NCBI GenBank assembly: GCA_043827025.1
Contig: JBDRPL010000020.1
Location: 1-50,773, forward strand
Direction of reading: 5' to 3'
Origin: Candidatus Micrarchaeota archaeon
GTDB lineage: Archaea; Micrarchaeota; Micrarchaeia; Anstonellales; Bilamarchaeaceae
Length of the DNA stretch: 50,773 bases
Shown here: one piece after another, positions 1 through 9,686 of the stretch
Layout of the letters: every line of letters begins with the position of its first letter
How positions within the stretch are numbered: the first letter of the stretch is position 1
Made by a program: the position numbers and the translations under genes
Notes under the pieces: generated by a model
What the model saw: the letters and a program-made list of their open reading frames with translations, nothing else
What the model was told of the DNA's origin: nothing
Database searches by the model: none

Positions 1-93
1 CCTTTCAGATTGAACTTCTTCATAATATATGTACTTCTTCCTGGTGCCTGACTTCAAAGTGCGCCAGACCTCCTTCTTTCTTACATAGCTCAT
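1..93 (-). CDS. Partial (runs off left edge) small basic protein, paralogue of 156..476
   Basis: Hand translation: MSYVRKKEVWRTLKSGTRKKYIYYEEVQSER..., the same pattern as MAFHIRKKRSVRRYKDQVYVYNYFEIIKTYR. Not in ORF track. Confidence 0.7.
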   Translation of the reverse strand, partial: MSYVRKKEVWRTLKSGTRKKYIYYEEVQSER

Positions 94-108
94 TTTTTGT
101 AACCTATT

Positions 109-146
109 AAATTTGCAAGTTTCTAAAATAATAAACTTGTAAATTT
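109..146. promoter_or_regulatory. Two quasi-palindromic AAAyTTGyAArTTT boxes (109-122, 133-146); putative operator/centromere-like sites
   Basis: The same motif occurs with perfectly palindromic arms at 2744-2757, just upstream of parA. Confidence 0.45.
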
Positions 147-155
147 GTAAACTAA

Positions 156-476
156 TTAATTTTGATTTTCATTTTCTGTAGTGGGTAAAAAATCAATCCT
201 CACTTTTTTGTTGAGTTGCACTAACTCGCTCCATTCATCATCTGAAAAGATATCCCTCACTTTTTTGAATGGTTTAAGCTTCAACCTTAGTTTGATCTCT
301 TTTAGTTTTTCAGGGCTAACGTCCTTTTTCTTGCCCAGGTAACCTATGAATTCAGAGATTACCCTTGTTTTGTCAGAAGGGTCCCTGTAGGTTTTAATTA
401 TTTCAAAATAATTATAGACATACACTTGATCTTTGTATCTTCTAACAGAACGTTTTTTTCTGATGTGAAAAGCCAT
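156..476 (-). CDS. Small basic putative DNA-binding protein, resembling the N-terminal beta-sheet module of IS1634-type transposases
   Basis: MxxIRKK...Y.Y......YR.....V....GYLGK pattern; transcribed divergently from the recombinase. Confidence 0.6.
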   Translation of the reverse strand: MAFHIRKKRSVRRYKDQVYVYNYFEIIKTYRDPSDKTRVISEFIGYLGKKKDVSPEKLKEIKLRLKLKPFKKVRDIFSDDEWSELVQLNKKVRIDFLPTTENENQN

Positions 477-500
477 AATAATTATTGTAGTGGGTAAAAA
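177..500 (+). repeat. 15-bp perfect direct repeat TGTAGTGGGTAAAAA at 177-191 and 486-500
   Basis: Read directly from the sequence; the copies bracket most of ORF 156..476. Confidence 0.85.
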
Positions 501-628
501 TATATATATATTTTTCTAAAGGCTCATTTTCGAAGCATTTTTATAAAAGTTCGTTTTATGTATATAAAAGATACTTTCATTTAAATATAAACTGAAAAAA
601 GTGTTGTAAAACATACTTTTTGCACAAA

Positions 629-1513
629 ATGGCCAATAAAACCTATCCTGAAGCTAAGTTCACCAAACCTCTGCTTCTTGACATTCTTGCAAACATGACC
701 AACACTTCTATAGCTGTGCACTCCCATAAGAAGATGAAATCTATCTTCAAGGAGATCTTGCGCCAGCCAGAAGCTGCAAGAAGGAAATGGATAAGCGAAT
801 ATGAAGAACAAGCCTTAGTAAAGAAGTTTGAAAGGCCTGAGCCGCTTCCAGTTTATCTTAACCAGGAGCAATACTCACTTTTACTCAATCTTATCCGGAC
901 ATACAAGAAGAAATGGTATGACCGCTATGAAGGCATGGTTCTGTTTGCAAAGGCAACCGGTGCAAGGCCCGGCGAGATTTGCAAGGGCGTTGTAGGAGAC
1001 ATTGACCTCTCATTGGAGATTTTCACTGTAAAGAAAACCAAGCAGAAGAAGGAGCATGTTTATCACATTCTTGACAGTGAGTGCCTGGAATACCTGAGAA
1101 GACACCTTGCAGGCAAAAAGCCAAATGAACCCATATTTGTCAGCAACTGGGGTAGGGCATACACCGTAGAAGGCTTTTCAAAAGTAATCAGAACGCTTGC
1201 AACCGAAGCAGGGATTAAGCTGGAGAATGGCAAATCTGTCATTTCAGGGCATAAAATGAGGCATACCCATGGAGTTATAGCTGCGCAAAACAACGTGCCT
1301 GAACCCGCAATTAGGGAGCAATTAGGCCATAGCGATTCAAGGATAACTTCAATCTACACTGCAATCGCCGGCAATGACGTAAGAAAGAGCTATAATATGG
1401 AAAATCATCAGAATGGTGTTGCTGAGGATCCGCTGAAAGTGTTGCAGCTGCGCTTTGCCAAGGGAGAAATCACTAAAGAACAATATATTGAAATGAAAAA
1501 ACTATTGTCGTGA
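629..1513 (+). CDS. Tyrosine recombinase/integrase (XerC/D-like) with C-terminal SHOCT-like domain
   Basis: Catalytic motifs GARPGE, HKMRHT, LGHS and TSIY; tail DPLKVLQLRFAKGEITKEQYIEMKKLL. ATG at 629 (track starts at TTG 620). Confidence 0.92.
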   Translation: MANKTYPEAKFTKPLLLDILANMTNTSIAVHSHKKMKSIFKEILRQPEAARRKWISEYEEQALVKKFERPEPLPVYLNQEQYSLLLNLIRTYKKKWYDRYEGMVLFAKATGARPGEICKGVVGDIDLSLEIFTVKKTKQKKEHVYHILDSECLEYLRRHLAGKKPNEPIFVSNWGRAYTVEGFSKVIRTLATEAGIKLENGKSVISGHKMRHTHGVIAAQNNVPEPAIREQLGHSDSRITSIYTAIAGNDVRKSYNMENHQNGVAEDPLKVLQLRFAKGEITKEQYIEMKKLLS

Positions 1514-1560
1514 AAAATGAGTGGATAAATTCAAAATTAGGCATATATCTTCTTACTTTT

Positions 1561-1809
1561 TTATGATTGAGATTTTTTTATTGTGGATTTGGGTTTTTTG
1601 ATAAATGCAGCTTTAGACTTTTTTATTCCTGCTTTGGATTTTTTTATGATTTCAGCCATAGATTTTTTTTCAAATACAGATGATTGTGGCCTTTTGCAAT
1701 ACGGGCAAATTATTTGAAGGTTATTTATCTCAAAGTTACCATCAAAATACTTTTTGCAGTACCAGCAAGATTTTATTGGATTTTCATCTTTTGTCATGTT
1801 GCCGTACAT
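1561..1809 (-). CDS. Small zinc-ribbon protein with Lys-rich tail
   Basis: CWYC...CPYC; GGAGA RBS. Confidence 0.65.
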   Translation of the reverse strand: MYGNMTKDENPIKSCWYCKKYFDGNFEINNLQIICPYCKRPQSSVFEKKSMAEIIKKSKAGIKKSKAAFIKKPKSTIKKSQS

Positions 1810-1917
1810 ACATCTCCAGAGTTTATTAATTACCTATAGTAAACTACAAGGCAGCTGCTATTAAAAATTGTAATTTAAAACTGATATAATTAGAATAATT
1901 TATCGAATTCAAATTTT

Positions 1918-2559
1918 TTAAATAAAATCGTCTTTTATTAATTTATAAGTCCCTGTTGGAAACGATTTATGGCCTTCATTTGCAAACAAATTATGCGAGT
2001 AGTAAAGATTTTCACAACGCTTGTTATAAAAAATCACTTCTGGATGGCAATGTATGCTTTCTGCTAAAATCTCAGGTTTTAGCTTTTTTTCATCGTATTG
2101 GCAAATGGCAGTAGTTTTACTTCCATGGAAGAAATCACACAGCTTTGATTCATATTCGATAAGCCTATCTGCACCTTTTACTCCACTCAATATCCATGAC
2201 GCTGAACCTGTTACTCTTAAGCCATCATATCCCTCTTCAAGAACTTGCTGTTCAGTTTGTTTCAATTGGTTAATCATGATATCTGGGTCAAAATAACCGT
2301 CTTTTAGATAAGTCTCCTTGCTTGTAAGGAACATAAAATGCCCTGTTTTGATGAATTTTAAAAGGTTCACATTTCTCTTCTTAAATTCAGCAATAATTTT
2401 TTGTTTTGATGTTTTATCAACAACGTATATGCACTTTTGGTTTTTTTCCAATCCTTTTATAAAAAAAGGGATAAGGACTGAGAATAATTGGTCTTCATTC
2501 TGATAAATAAATGAGAAATGGTCTCCAAGCTCAGCATTTGATATGTCTTTAATTGTCAA
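1918..2559 (-). CDS. Stand-alone MEDS (DcmR-type sensory) domain protein
   Basis: GDHFSFIY, GLEKNQKCIY, YLKDGYFDPD, GYDGLRVTG, LIEYESKL, AICQYD, HP motifs. Confidence 0.88.
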   Translation of the reverse strand: MTIKDISNAELGDHFSFIYQNEDQLFSVLIPFFIKGLEKNQKCIYVVDKTSKQKIIAEFKKRNVNLLKFIKTGHFMFLTSKETYLKDGYFDPDIMINQLKQTEQQVLEEGYDGLRVTGSASWILSGVKGADRLIEYESKLCDFFHGSKTTAICQYDEKKLKPEILAESIHCHPEVIFYNKRCENLYYSHNLFANEGHKSFPTGTYKLIKDDFI

Positions 2560-2723
2560 TTTAACTAACCTAATTGTATTAATATGTTTGTTCAGTATAT
2601 ATTATTATCTATTCTCTAAAAGTAACAAAAAATATGTTTAATTACGGTTTCTTTATTGGTGTTTTCGTTGACCATACTTAATGTAACATACCTGAATAAA
2701 ATAGAAACTTTTATAAACCTGGC

Positions 2724-2757
2724 TTATAAAGATATTAATTAACAAACTTGTAAGTTT
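2724..2757 (+). promoter_or_regulatory. Putative TATA box (TTATAAA 2724-2730) and palindrome AAACTT-GT-AAGTTT (2744-2757) over the likely parA transcription start
   Basis: Archaeal-like TATA spacing; palindrome read directly. Confidence 0.55.
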
Positions 2758-2778
2758 ATAATGAAAAGCGGTGATCCC

Positions 2779-3525
2779 ATGAAAAAAATCTGTGTAGTGA
2801 ACCAGAAGGGTGGGACCGGAAAAACCACTGTTGCCGTCAATCTTTCGCACGCACTAGCAATGAAAAACAAGAAAGTGCTGCTCATTGATGCAGACGGTCA
2901 GGGGCATGCAACTGTTCATCTGGGGCATACACCGGAAAAAACCCTGTACAACATTCTGATAGATAAAGTTGACCCAAAGGAAGTCATAGTAAATGTAAGG
3001 GAAAACCTTGACCTTATTCCTGCTGATCGCGCACTAAGGGCTGTGCCTATGAAGATTAGTGGAGAGCCAGGAAGGGATTTTCTTCTGAAAAACGCTCTAT
3101 CCAAGGTCAAGGGATACGATTATGTGATTGTTGATTGCGGGCCGAGCCTGGATGCCCTGAATTTCAATGTTTTTGTCTTTGCAGATGAGGCCTTGATTCC
3201 AATCAATATGGAATTTTTGACTGCGCACGGCACTGCTGAGATGGTCAGCACAACATTTGATGCCATTAAAAAGAACATGGGGCATGAGTTGAAGATTAAT
3301 GGTGTTGTTGGTGTTTTCTACGATAAAAGAACCAGAAAAAGCAAGGAGATGATGGATCTCATTAGAAAATATTTCAGTGACAAGGTTTACAGCACGGTCA
3401 TAAGGATTAACACCAAGATTAGCGAGGCGCCGTCTGACAAGAAAACCATTTTCGAGTATGACAAAAAGAGCTACGGGGCTCAGGATTTTAAAGCCCTGGC
3501 CGAAGAATTCATTAAGCGAGGTTGA
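2779..3525 (+). CDS. parA: ParA/Soj family partition ATPase
   Basis: NQKGGTGKTT, LLIDADGQG, YVIVDCGPS; GGTGA RBS before ATG 2779. Confidence 0.95.
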   Translation: MKKICVVNQKGGTGKTTVAVNLSHALAMKNKKVLLIDADGQGHATVHLGHTPEKTLYNILIDKVDPKEVIVNVRENLDLIPADRALRAVPMKISGEPGRDFLLKNALSKVKGYDYVIVDCGPSLDALNFNVFVFADEALIPINMEFLTAHGTAEMVSTTFDAIKKNMGHELKINGVVGVFYDKRTRKSKEMMDLIRKYFSDKVYSTVIRINTKISEAPSDKKTIFEYDKKSYGAQDFKALAEEFIKRG

Positions 3526-3893
3526 TGAAAATGACTGAAAAAAAAATAAAATCGGATCCTTTCAATGACATGTTTCAAAGTTCTGCTAAAAACACTTTTG
3601 AACCTGCTGCTGCAGAGAAGCCAAAGCTGGTTGCAGTAAGAAAAGAAGAGAAAACTGTTGTGATGAATGCTCCTGAATCTAAGGACACCCAATTTGTGCT
3701 GCAAACACTTTCCCTTTCGCAAGACATGCTTGAATGGTTGGATGACAATGCCCATAATGTTAAGAAAGTAACAGGCTTCAGAAAAGCCAACAGGTCAAGC
3801 ATTGCAAGGTATGCCATCTCAAAGATTAAGGATAAGGGCATAGATCACGACGAATTCATGGAGTTTGTCAAGAAAGAGCAGGGACTGAAATAA
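3522..3893 (+). CDS. Putative ParG-like ribbon-helix-helix partition partner
   Basis: Overlaps parA stop; low-complexity N-terminus followed by QTLSLSQDMLEWLD...NRSSIARYAI (RHH-like). Confidence 0.6.
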   Translation: MMKMTEKKIKSDPFNDMFQSSAKNTFEPAAAEKPKLVAVRKEEKTVVMNAPESKDTQFVLQTLSLSQDMLEWLDDNAHNVKKVTGFRKANRSSIARYAISKIKDKGIDHDEFMEFVKKEQGLK

Positions 3894-3921
3894 AAAGCTC
3901 CATTTGTTAAGAGGGGAATGA

Positions 3922-6714
3922 ATGGAGGAAATACAATTAACACCGGAGCAGGAAAAGGCCGTCAAGTACATTGAGAGTCCACTTCTGATTGTTGCGGGGC
4001 CTGGAACCGGAAAGACGAGAGTTCTTACAGAGAAAGTTGTATTTCTTGTCAAAGAAAAGGGATTTGATCCGAATAGGATTATAGTAAGCACATTCACCAT
4101 TAAGGCTGCTGAAGAGCTCAAAGAAAGACTGAGGAAAAAATTAGGTGATAAGGTTGAATCTATGCAGATATCAACAATTCACTCTTTCTGTGAGAAGATG
4201 CTCCAAACCTTCCCGGATCATCATAATTTTGGTAACGTCTTTGACGTGCTGGATGACCTTGACCAATACATGTTCGTCAACAAGAATATATGGAATTACG
4301 GTCTGAAGGATTATTATCAGGAGATTGATGTTGACGAGCTTATCAATTTCTACAACAAGGCCACTGAAAACGATGTGGATCCGCAGCAACTCATTGATTA
4401 CACAAAAAAGAACCATGAGTCTGAAAAGGATCTTGTTATTGCGAAAAGCTATGCTCTTTATCTTGCGAATCTGCTGGATCCTAACAATACAAAGCTTGAT
4501 TTTGCCCTGCTTCAGAGAGAGTTCTATCATATGCTGAAGAACAATCCGGAAGTACTCAAGATTATAAGGGATATGTATGACTATATCCTGATTGATGAGT
4601 ACCAAGACACAAACCCAATCCAAGACGCGATATTTAAACTTATATCCGAGCCGAAATTCAATATTACGGTTGTTGGTGATGAGGACCAAAGCATATATGG
4701 ATTCAGGGGAGCGTCTGTAGAGAATTTCAGGTCGTTCCTTAACCGGTATCCCTCTGCCAAGAAACTTGAGCTCGAGGAAAATTTCAGGTCTAGCAAGGAG
4801 ATAGTGCATGCTTTCAATACCTTCATTAAGCCGCACAGGACTTTTGAAAAGGAGATATTCACCAATAACAAGGAATTCTCAAATCCGCTACTTCTTATGT
4901 CAAAAAACCTTGAAGATGAAGGGAAAAGCGTTGTAGAGCTTATCAAGAAATTAGTGAGTGAGCATAATGTGGCATACGAGGATATTGCAATCCTATTCAA
5001 GAGTGTAAAGTGGAACTCTGGATATATCCAGGATGCGCTTGAAAAGGCCAGAATCCCGTTCACTGCAATAGGTGATAGTTCACTGATGAACCAGGAAGCT
5101 GTTATTGATATGCTTATCCTGCTTGGTTATGTTGGGATGGAGGAAGCTGACAAGTACTATGAAAAGCTGCTCCAAAAGAGGAACATTATCTTTTCGGATC
5201 TCATTGGCCTGGCACAAGACACGCGCGATGTGCTTATAGACAAAGTGGATTTGATGGATCCTTTCAAGATTATTGACATGACTAAGCTCATGAAGCTTAA
5301 GATTAGTGATGATGATATTGAAATTCTTGTAGGACTGAAGAACCTGAAAAAGCAGCAGAAGGAAAAGAAATCGAGTCTGCTGAAGCTGTTCTATAAGATT
5401 CTTGATGTCACTGGATATCATGCCCGGCTTTTCAAGAATATGGATGATTATGCCGAGATGGAGATAGGAAACCTTGCCAAGTTATCAAATGTCCTGGACA
5501 AATTTGAAAGGATTACCAATTCTAATGAATTCAAGACATTACTTTACCATCTTAACACTATCCCGGAAAATAAGATGGAGGATGCATCCAGCATTGAGGA
5601 GGAGAATGCTGTAAAGCTCATGACGATCCATCAGGCCAAGGGGCTTGAATTTCCGGTTGTGGTCATGGCAGGAGTCACCAGCAGGAGATATAATCGGGCA
5701 ATAGAGAATGACTCATACATCATCCCGATTCCAAGAGAGCTTATGTTAGATAAGACTGAATTCAGTCGGAGCGAAGAACTGCAAAGAACCTTCTATGTTG
5801 GGATGTCCAGGGCGCAGCAGCTTCTTGTGGTTAGTTCAGTTGATGGGAAAGGATCCAAGCCCTCTCCATATATTGACGAGATTGGGTCTGATAATTTTGT
5901 TGCGCCAAAGGATTTCAGCAGTAATTTGGAAAAACATTATGTGCCAATCAAGGAGAAAGTTAGGTTAAGCTATTCCTCTGTAAGTGCATATATTGAATGC
6001 CCTTTTAGGTTCTATCTTCGTGATCTCCTGAGTTTCCAGACTCCGATTGCTTTTTACCAGGAGTATGGCATCATAGTTCACAATTGCCTGAAGAAGATCC
6101 ATATTCTGATGAAGGAAGGGAAGAAGGTGCAGCTGCAGGATATTATCCAGGTTGTGGATACCTACTGCAAGAATGATGAGAGTCGGCAGAAATGGAGAGA
6201 CGAGCTCATTACTGACATGTGGAACTATTATGAAAGGGCGCCTACATTCATTAAAGAAGTGTTGGATGTTGAGCTGCCTTTCTCCTATATCTCAAAGGAG
6301 CTGGTCATCAATGGCCAGGCGGATCTTGTTATCGAGACTCCTGATAATGACGTTGAGTTGATTGATTACAAGTCCAGGTATGAAGATGCATTGCGTAAGA
6401 TGAATGTGGATACCCAACTCAGGATGTATTTTATGGCATTGTTCCAGAAATACCCAAACGGGATCAAGAAAATAAGCGCATACACCTTCAAGGATAATAA
6501 GAAAACCTACTTTTCCTGTTCGGATGAGGACATCAATTGCACAAAGAAGCTTCTTACATCCATCTCGAATGATATCGAGCAGAAGAAATTTTCAAGAAAT
6601 TGGAAAGGATCTATTTGTGTGACAAAAACAGGCAAATGCGATTTTTACGGATTATGCTATAAGCTGGAGGAAGAAAATGACGAATCAAGAAAAACTCACA
6701 CTACTGCAAAATAA
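3922..6714 (+). CDS. UvrD/PcrA-family SF1 helicase with C-terminal PD-(D/E)xK nuclease (four Cys, possibly Fe-S)
   Basis: AGPGTGKT, STIHSF, IDEYQD, VGDEDQSIYGFRGA, MTIHQAKGLEF, YVGMSRA; LSYS..CP, ADL...IDYKS, C-terminal Cys cluster. Confidence 0.93.
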   Translation: MEEIQLTPEQEKAVKYIESPLLIVAGPGTGKTRVLTEKVVFLVKEKGFDPNRIIVSTFTIKAAEELKERLRKKLGDKVESMQISTIHSFCEKMLQTFPDHHNFGNVFDVLDDLDQYMFVNKNIWNYGLKDYYQEIDVDELINFYNKATENDVDPQQLIDYTKKNHESEKDLVIAKSYALYLANLLDPNNTKLDFALLQREFYHMLKNNPEVLKIIRDMYDYILIDEYQDTNPIQDAIFKLISEPKFNITVVGDEDQSIYGFRGASVENFRSFLNRYPSAKKLELEENFRSSKEIVHAFNTFIKPHRTFEKEIFTNNKEFSNPLLLMSKNLEDEGKSVVELIKKLVSEHNVAYEDIAILFKSVKWNSGYIQDALEKARIPFTAIGDSSLMNQEAVIDMLILLGYVGMEEADKYYEKLLQKRNIIFSDLIGLAQDTRDVLIDKVDLMDPFKIIDMTKLMKLKISDDDIEILVGLKNLKKQQKEKKSSLLKLFYKILDVTGYHARLFKNMDDYAEMEIGNLAKLSNVLDKFERITNSNEFKTLLYHLNTIPENKMEDASSIEEENAVKLMTIHQAKGLEFPVVVMAGVTSRRYNRAIENDSYIIPIPRELMLDKTEFSRSEELQRTFYVGMSRAQQLLVVSSVDGKGSKPSPYIDEIGSDNFVAPKDFSSNLEKHYVPIKEKVRLSYSSVSAYIECPFRFYLRDLLSFQTPIAFYQEYGIIVHNCLKKIHILMKEGKKVQLQDIIQVVDTYCKNDESRQKWRDELITDMWNYYERAPTFIKEVLDVELPFSYISKELVINGQADLVIETPDNDVELIDYKSRYEDALRKMNVDTQLRMYFMALFQKYPNGIKKISAYTFKDNKKTYFSCSDEDINCTKKLLTSISNDIEQKKFSRNWKGSICVTKTGKCDFYGLCYKLEEENDESRKTHTTAK

Positions 6715-9685
6715 ACTAAAGGAACTGTTCCAGTTTGAGGATAATGACCTTGATTTTGGTATCTACAGGATCATCAATATCAAGAGAAAAGAGATTGCCG
6801 AATTCATTGACAAGGAACTGCTGGATATCATCAAGAAAGAGATCAAGACTGTCGAGGATCAAAGCTCACTAAAAGAAGAGCTAGAGGCATTAAAAAACGA
6901 TATTGAGCAGAATTTTGCATGCAATATAGAAGAGGCCAAGCAGAAATACAAGGAGATACCAAAGATCAAGGATTATCTTGAGAAAGAGAGAGAGCTGAAA
7001 AAGGCTGATAAGGAAAATGACGTAGAAGAGGAGATATATGACGATATTGTCAATTTCTTCTCCAGGTATTATGATAATGGAGATTTTATCTCTAAAAGAA
7101 GATACTCAAAGGATAACAAGTATGCCATCCCTTACAATGGTGAAGAGGTTTATCTCTATTGGGCCAATAATGACCAGTATTACATCAAGACGGCTGAGAA
7201 CTTCAGGCATTACTCTTTCAAGCTGTCGCAGCTCAAAGTTGTTTTTAAGATAGAGAATGAGGAAGTTGAGGTTGAAAAAGGAAATATCAAAGGAGATACC
7301 AAGTATTTCATCTTTAAGGATGCTGAGTATGATTCATCAAAGAAACTTCTTGAAGTCAAATTTGGCTACAGGCCACTTTCTGAAGACGAAGAGAAAGAAG
7401 TCATGGAAGTTAGCGATAAGAAGCGAGTAGGAAAAGATGAGGTCAATGCTCTTAACCTGAAACGTATCAAAGAAAAGATTGGTGTTTGGGGGCTGTCTCA
7501 GCTTAATGCCTGCCATATTAACCTTGATGGTAACAAAACCATGAAGAACAAAGGAAAGGATGAGGTGCCGGAACTAGATTGGCATCTCAACAAGTACACA
7601 ACCAAGAACACTACTGACTACTTTATCCATAAGGATCTAAAGAAATTCCTTAGCCAGGAGCTTGATTTCTACATCAAGAATGAGCTGATACATATAGATG
7701 ATATCGGCAAAAAAAAGGATCTTGACTACGATCTTACAAGAATTAAGGTCTTTAAGGAGATCTCAAAGAGGATTATAGAATTTCTTGGCCAGATCGAGAA
7801 TTTCCAGAAGAAACTCTGGGAGAAAAAGAAATTTGTCATATCAACTGACTACTGCATAACCCTGGATTACATCGATGAAAAATACTATCCTCAAATCCTA
7901 GAAAGTAAGAAGCAGCTGGATGAATGGAAAAAATTGTTCAGCTTTGATGTTGATTTGGAGACTAAGAAGCTTAAGAGTACAATTCACGGGCATGGCAATG
8001 GTAATAAAAAAGTTGAAGTGCTGAAGCTTAACCCTACATTAATCCTCGATACAAAATTCTTTGATCAGGAATTCAAGTATGTCCTGCTGAGTGAGATTGA
8101 CGGGCTAGATGAGAAAACAAATGGGATTCTTATCAATTCTGAAAACTTCCATGCTTTGAACCTTATAACCACAAAGTACAACGAAAAAATTAAAACCTGT
8201 CAAATTGATCCTCCTTATAATACAGGACATGATGATTTTGTCTATAAAGATGGTTATGGTCATAGTTCGTGGTTATGCCTCCTAGAAAATAGAGTCTCTC
8301 TATCAAAACGGTTATTAAATGATAAAGGAATATTTTACGCTTTTTGCGACGATAATGAAATGTCTTCTTTTAGAAAATTGTTGGATTTGCTTTTTGATAA
8401 TTCCAACCATATCAGTGAAATTATTTGGAATTCCAGAAAATCGGTATCCAATGATACATACGTTTCTTTGAGCCATAATTATATTCTTAATTATGCTAAG
8501 AACATAAATAACATCAATAAAGAAGATTATAGAATAGAGGCAGATAAATCCAAGTTTTCTAACCCTGATAATGATCCTAAGGGAGATTGGGTAGCTGATC
8601 CATTCGATGCTCCACAGATAAGGAAAAATTTACAGTATGAGATTAAAAATCCTAATACAGGTGAAGTTTTTCACCCAGTAAGAGGGCGTCATTGGGTTGT
8701 ACCAGAAGAGGAATATCTTCGACTATTAAAGGATAATAGAATTGTCTTTGGAAAAAATGGAGAAAGTAAGCCTCAAAGGAAGAGATACTGGTTTGAAGCG
8801 CAGGAAAGAGGACGAACATTAACCAGTATTTGGAATGACTGCGAAACTACCACAAATGGTACTAAGTTACTTGATAATCTATTTGGTGAAAGAGTATTTA
8901 CTAACCCAAAACCAGTACAAGTTCATGAAAGAATGACCAAACTTTCTACTTACAAAGACCAACACAATATTTGTCTTGATTATTTTGCAGGTACTGGAAC
9001 TACAGGGCATGCAATTCTTAATCTTAATAAGATTGATCAAGGAAACAGAAAATTTATTCTAATTGAGATGGGAGGATATTTTAACACAGTACTCAAACCA
9101 AGAATAGAGAAAGTAATCTTTTCAGATAATTGGAAAGAAGGTAACCCTCAAGACAACAATGGCTCAAAGAAGCAGATAATCAAGTACCAAGCGCTTGAAC
9201 AATATGAAGACACTCTTCTCAACATCGATTTCAAGGAACCAAATAAGCTGGTAGAATCGTCAAAAGACTTTAAGCTCAAGTACATGCTTGAATTTGAAAG
9301 CAAGGAAAGCAAGGTTTTCCTGAATATTGATGCCCTGAGCAATCCTTTTGATTACAAATTAAAAATTGAGAAGGATAATGAAGTACGTGAGCACAATGTT
9401 GATCTTATCGAAACCTTCAACTACATGGCAGGGATAGAAGTTGACAAGATATTCACTGACAAAAACGAAAAAACAGACTATGTATTTGTAAAGGGAACAA
9501 AGGGGGAAAAAGATGTTCTTGTCATATGGAGGAACACAGGTAAAAGCTTTGACCCTGAAAAGGAAAAGAAATGGCTACTATCAGGTATTCTGAAAGAGAA
9601 ATATGATGAGGTCTTCACTAATGGCAACTCCCTGATTCCTGGAGCAAAGACAGTGGAAGAAGTCATAAGAACAAATATGATTTAA
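6677..9685 (+). CDS. mod: Type III restriction-modification methyltransferase (Mod)
   Basis: IDPPYNTG (motif IV) precedes DYFAGTGTT (motif I), with an intervening TRD; followed by Res. Confidence 0.9.
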   Translation: MTNQEKLTLLQNKLKELFQFEDNDLDFGIYRIINIKRKEIAEFIDKELLDIIKKEIKTVEDQSSLKEELEALKNDIEQNFACNIEEAKQKYKEIPKIKDYLEKERELKKADKENDVEEEIYDDIVNFFSRYYDNGDFISKRRYSKDNKYAIPYNGEEVYLYWANNDQYYIKTAENFRHYSFKLSQLKVVFKIENEEVEVEKGNIKGDTKYFIFKDAEYDSSKKLLEVKFGYRPLSEDEEKEVMEVSDKKRVGKDEVNALNLKRIKEKIGVWGLSQLNACHINLDGNKTMKNKGKDEVPELDWHLNKYTTKNTTDYFIHKDLKKFLSQELDFYIKNELIHIDDIGKKKDLDYDLTRIKVFKEISKRIIEFLGQIENFQKKLWEKKKFVISTDYCITLDYIDEKYYPQILESKKQLDEWKKLFSFDVDLETKKLKSTIHGHGNGNKKVEVLKLNPTLILDTKFFDQEFKYVLLSEIDGLDEKTNGILINSENFHALNLITTKYNEKIKTCQIDPPYNTGHDDFVYKDGYGHSSWLCLLENRVSLSKRLLNDKGIFYAFCDDNEMSSFRKLLDLLFDNSNHISEIIWNSRKSVSNDTYVSLSHNYILNYAKNINNINKEDYRIEADKSKFSNPDNDPKGDWVADPFDAPQIRKNLQYEIKNPNTGEVFHPVRGRHWVVPEEEYLRLLKDNRIVFGKNGESKPQRKRYWFEAQERGRTLTSIWNDCETTTNGTKLLDNLFGERVFTNPKPVQVHERMTKLSTYKDQHNICLDYFAGTGTTGHAILNLNKIDQGNRKFILIEMGGYFNTVLKPRIEKVIFSDNWKEGNPQDNNGSKKQIIKYQALEQYEDTLLNIDFKEPNKLVESSKDFKLKYMLEFESKESKVFLNIDALSNPFDYKLKIEKDNEVREHNVDLIETFNYMAGIEVDKIFTDKNEKTDYVFVKGTKGEKDVLVIWRNTGKSFDPEKEKKWLLSGILKEKYDEVFTNGNSLIPGAKTVEEVIRTNMI

Positions 9686-9686
9686 A

